Source of the DNA: Cupriavidus necator
GTDB taxonomy: Bacteria; Pseudomonadota; Gammaproteobacteria; Burkholderiales; Burkholderiaceae
Direction of reading: 5' to 3'
Assembly: GCF_016127575.1 (NCBI RefSeq)
Contig: NZ_CP066019.1
Location: 2,280,001-2,312,000, forward strand
Length of the DNA stretch: 32,000 nt
The notes beneath the pieces were generated by a model. That model did no database searches, was not told the DNA's origin, and saw only the letters and a program-made list of their open reading frames with translations. The position numbers and the translations under genes are program-made. The number at the start of each line of letters is the position of its first letter. Position 1 is the stretch's first letter. Positions 28,963-32,000 of this stretch are shown one piece after another.

Positions 28963-29060
28963 TACGCCTTTTATATGGAAGTGGAGTCCAGCCGGATATC
29001 GGACGTTTCCTATAAATGAATGCGATCTATTTAAATCAGAATTAAAAAAAATCTGAGTTT

Positions 29061-29273
29061 TCAGGCGGGATTTTCGTTGGCTGGTATGAGCGGACAGGCC
29101 GGCGCGCGTGAGTCTCCCGCGATGCCATGACGATTTCTTGCAATGGAGGTTACGCGGTCAGTGTGTGCCACCAGCGCGCCTGCGTCGTACTTGGCGTCGC
29201 TGGCGAGCGAGTTGTCGATGGTGGTGAGAGCGTAGGGGGGAGCACACCAACGGTATGCCGGAACCAGTGGCAT
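29061..29273 (-). CDS. Small hypothetical ORF of 70 aa, either a gene or a gene remnant
   Basis: This is an ATG-initiated ORF between the second TonB-dependent receptor and the vgrG promoter. The central part (YALTTIDNSLASDAKYDAGALVAHTDRV) has host-like GC-rich third positions. I see no recognisable family and no obvious Shine-Dalgarno sequence. Confidence 0.25.
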   Translation of the reverse strand: MPLVPAYRWCAPPYALTTIDNSLASDAKYDAGALVAHTDRVTSIARNRHGIAGDSRAPACPLIPANENPA

Positions 29274-29359
29274 TAGCCCGCTCTGAGGGATACAGGACAG
29301 CTTTGCCAGCCTGACGGCATAGAGTCCTGATCCGCAGGCTGACCGCTATCCGGCGCGCC

Positions 29360-31558
29360 TCAAAGGGCAGCGCGCAGCCCCAGGAAGAAGCGCCGCCCCG
29401 GCGCGGGTTCGAAATACCGCCCGTTGGCCTCGTTGACGATCACCGAGCCGATATAGCGCCGGTCGGTGAGGTTGTCGATGCGGCCGAAGACGTAGAGCCG
29501 GGTCGGGCCGATGCGGAACTCATAGCCGGCGCGCAGGTTGAACACCGCATAGCCTGGCGCGGCCTGCGTGTTGAGATCATCGGCGTAGACGCGGCTGTCC
29601 ACGCGCATCTCTGCCCCCAGCGTCAGCGGCGCAGCCGGCCGCCATGACAAGTCCGCGCCCAGGCTGTGGCGCGCGGTGCCGGGCAGGCGCTTGCCGGCCG
29701 CCACGGTCTGGCCCTGCGCGTTGACGAAGCTGTCGCCAAAGTAAGCATCGAGCCAGGTATAGGCCAGTCCTGCCTCGATACGGCTGCCGCCGCCCTTGCC
29801 CGGCGTGCCCACCTCACCGAGAAAGCCGCCGCGCCAGCCCAGTTCGAAGCCGCGCCGGTGCACGCCGCTGACATTCTGGTAGACGGTGCGCCCGGCATTG
29901 TTCGATTGGGGCACCACCTCGTCGTGGCTGTCGGCATCGAACAGCGCCGCCTCCAGCCGCTGCCCCGCCGCCTGCCACTTGATGCCGATCTCGCCCTGGC
30001 GGCTGGTGGAGGCCTGCAGCCCCAGGTTGCTGCCTACGCCGCCGGGTCCGTAGGCGACTTCGGTCAGCGTCGGGGTCTCGAAGCCGCGGCCGAGGTTGGC
30101 GTAGACGTTGAGGGAATCGAGCGCGTGCCACACCACGCCAAGCACGGGGCTGACGTTGCTGTAGGTCGCGCTGCCACTGTCATCGGGGCTGGCCGCATTG
30201 ATGAAGTGGTCGTCAATGCCAAGCCGCACCCGGCTGGCGCGCACGCCGCCCACCAGTTGCCAGGCCGGGTGGAAGGTCCAGTCGAACTGCGCAAACGCGC
30301 CGAGGTCGGTCGCGGTATTGGTCTCGTCGCGGCGCAGCGCGCCCTGCGTGCCGTTCTGGTTGACGTAGCCGTTGCGGCCATCGCGCATGCCGTTGGCTTC
30401 GAGCCCGGCGCTCCACAGCAGCGGCAGGCCGGCGGCGGTGGCGGTGCGCCGGCTCCATGACAGCGCGGCGCCGCCGTAGGTGCGGTCCAGGTCGACGATG
30501 CCGCCGGCCGAATTCGGCGCGGCTCCGCTGAAGCCCAGCCGCTGGTACAGGTTGCGCGTGCCGCCGTACAGGCGTGCCGACACGCTGTCGGTCCCGGTCA
30601 GCTGGTGGTCCACCACCACGCCGGCCTGGGTCTGCTCGACGTTCTTGCCGGTATCGAACTGGGTCGCCGCGGACACCGCCTGGCGCGGATTGGCATCGGC
30701 CTGCGCGCGCGTTAGCCCCAGCGGGTCCTGCGCCAGCGGCTGGTTGAAATAGTTGAACTGGCCGGTCACGCGCGTGCCGCTCGCCGGCTGCGCCACTACC
30801 TTGGCATTGAGCTGGTAGCGGCGCGCCGCGCTGTGGTCGCGGTAGCCGTCGGTCTGGTAGGTCCAGGCGTCGAGCGAGCCGCCGAGCCGGTCGTTGCCGC
30901 CGGCCAGCGCGATGCCCGCCTGCCACTGGCCATCGGAGCCGAAGCCCGTCGACGCGCGCCCGCTGAAGCCGTCCTTGGGCGGATCGGGCGTGAACACCTG
31001 CACCACGCCGCCCGACGCATTGCCATACATCTGCGCAAACGGGCCGCGCAGCACCTCGACCCGGCTGGCGTTGGCAAGGTCGGCAGTGGAAGCCTGGCCC
31101 TGCCCGTCCGGCATGGTGGCCGGGATGCCGTCGACATACAGGCGCACGCCGCGCACGCCGAAGGTGGAGCGCGTGCCAAAGCCACGCACCGCCAGTTGCA
31201 GGTCCTGCGAGTAGTTCTGCCGGTCGCGCACCGCCACGCCCGGCACGCCGGCCAGCACCTCGGACAGGTTCACCAGCGGCGTGGCGCTGCGCAGCGGATC
31301 GACCGGCACGCTGTCCACCGCCGCCGGCGCGTCAAAGCGGCGCTGCTCGCTGCGGGTGGCGCTGACCACCACGTCGGGCAGCGTTTCGGCGGTGGCGGCG
31401 GCCACTGCCGTGCCGGGCGGGTCGGCGGCACGCGCGCCGGCGCTGGCCAGGACCAGCGCGGCGAACGCCAGCGCGGAGCGGTTCGCGAACGGGATGCGGG
31501 GGATACCGGAACGGCGCTGCTGCCGGACCGCCAAAATCTGCCTGCCGCCTGGTTTCAT
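29360..31558 (-). CDS. TonB-dependent outer-membrane receptor
   Basis: This is ORF 29360..31732, trimmed to the ATG at 31558. It reads MKPGGRQILAVRQQRRSGIPRIPFANRSALAFAALVLASAGARA (signal peptide). The TonB-box and plug region reads TLPDVVVSATRSEQRRFDAPAAVDSV...VRDRQNYSQDLQLAVRGFG...GVRLYVDGIPATMPDGQGQ...VEVLRGPFAQMYGNASGGVVQVFT. The barrel ends with NLTDRRYIG...YFEPAPGRRFFLGLRAAL. Confidence 0.9.
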   Translation of the reverse strand: MKPGGRQILAVRQQRRSGIPRIPFANRSALAFAALVLASAGARAADPPGTAVAAATAETLPDVVVSATRSEQRRFDAPAAVDSVPVDPLRSATPLVNLSEVLAGVPGVAVRDRQNYSQDLQLAVRGFGTRSTFGVRGVRLYVDGIPATMPDGQGQASTADLANASRVEVLRGPFAQMYGNASGGVVQVFTPDPPKDGFSGRASTGFGSDGQWQAGIALAGGNDRLGGSLDAWTYQTDGYRDHSAARRYQLNAKVVAQPASGTRVTGQFNYFNQPLAQDPLGLTRAQADANPRQAVSAATQFDTGKNVEQTQAGVVVDHQLTGTDSVSARLYGGTRNLYQRLGFSGAAPNSAGGIVDLDRTYGGAALSWSRRTATAAGLPLLWSAGLEANGMRDGRNGYVNQNGTQGALRRDETNTATDLGAFAQFDWTFHPAWQLVGGVRASRVRLGIDDHFINAASPDDSGSATYSNVSPVLGVVWHALDSLNVYANLGRGFETPTLTEVAYGPGGVGSNLGLQASTSRQGEIGIKWQAAGQRLEAALFDADSHDEVVPQSNNAGRTVYQNVSGVHRRGFELGWRGGFLGEVGTPGKGGGSRIEAGLAYTWLDAYFGDSFVNAQGQTVAAGKRLPGTARHSLGADLSWRPAAPLTLGAEMRVDSRVYADDLNTQAAPGYAVFNLRAGYEFRIGPTRLYVFGRIDNLTDRRYIGSVIVNEANGRYFEPAPGRRFFLGLRAAL

Positions 31559-31871
31559 GGGATCGGAAGCGGTTGCGGGTTCTGGCGCGGAGGATGGAGG
31601 CGCCGGGCACAGGTGAATGTGTCGCAACTTTATCGTGTCCACAGCACTATTGCCACGCGCTTGGCCGCGGGGAAAACCCGCGGAGGAGATGGAGCCGGCA
31701 CCGGATTCCGGTTGTTCAGAAAAATTCAACAACTGATTGCATGGACGCTCACGCAGTCCGCCCCACGGCTCCCTACACTGCTTTCACCACCCGCCGCAAC
31801 CGCACCAGTCCATCACGCGATGCAGCATAAGGGTATTCAGATTTTCGCTACTACCAAGGGGATCCACCATC

Positions 31872-32000
31872 ATGACCACCGCACAAACCCGCGTCGCCAT
31901 CGTCTACCACAGCGGCTACGGCCACACCGCCAAGCAGGCCCAGGCCGTTGCGCGCGGCGCCGGCAATGTCGCAGGCACTGAAAGCCTGCTGATCCCGGTC
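31872..32000 (+). CDS. Flavodoxin-like NAD(P)H:quinone oxidoreductase (WrbA-type), 5' fragment only
   Basis: This gene is missing from the ORF track because it has no stop inside the window. My translation from the ATG at 31872 is MTTAQTRVAIVYHSGYGHTAKQAQAVARGAGNVAGTESLLIPV. IVYHSGYGHT is the flavodoxin-like FMN-binding N-terminal motif. An AAGGGGA Shine-Dalgarno sequence lies at 31855-31861. Confidence 0.6.
   Translation, partial: MTTAQTRVAIVYHSGYGHTAKQAQAVARGAGNVAGTESLLIPV

Noticed and set aside
31700-31735. A possible Fur box upstream of the second TonB receptor (aaaaattcaacaactgattgcat)
   Set aside because: Hand alignment to the 19-bp Fur consensus gives a poor match on either strand. 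Only a 5-bp TTGTT/AACAA inverted pair is present.

Overview
This is a high-GC window, roughly 65-70% by eye. The proteins look betaproteobacterial, Cupriavidus/Ralstonia-like, which is inference only. I saw no rRNA, tRNA or CRISPR.

Positions 1-18.8 kb look like ordinary chromosome:
- a chaperone-usher fimbrial operon on the minus strand (subunit, chaperone, then an usher that runs off the left edge)
- an OmpR-type response regulator and histidine kinase pair
- a TonB-dependent receptor behind a Fur-box-like site
- a TreF-like GH37 trehalase
- an MdtD-like MFS exporter
- a TetR regulator with a YdjM-type membrane hydrolase
- a large ACP-FAAL-PlsC fusion enzyme
- a TerC-family protein
- a universal stress protein

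Positions 18.8-29.3 kb form an accessory islet. It holds an M50-protease gene remnant and a badly degraded IS5-family element. It also holds an orphan type VI secretion effector module on the minus strand. That module consists of a VgrG spike with a C-terminal extension, a 1585-aa Rhs protein and a translationally coupled small ORF that is probably the immunity gene. The Rhs protein has an unassigned 345-aa N-terminal domain and a 114-aa AT-rich C-terminal toxin tail.

The right edge carries a second TonB-dependent receptor and the 5' end of a WrbA-like flavoprotein gene.

The most interesting item is the vgrG-rhs-immunity module. Its toxin tail and immunity pair are unassigned. No PAAR, Eag or adaptor gene is visible, so the unusual VgrG tail and Rhs N-terminal domain may replace them.

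Most long ORFs in the supplied track that lie antisense to these genes are high-GC shadow ORFs.
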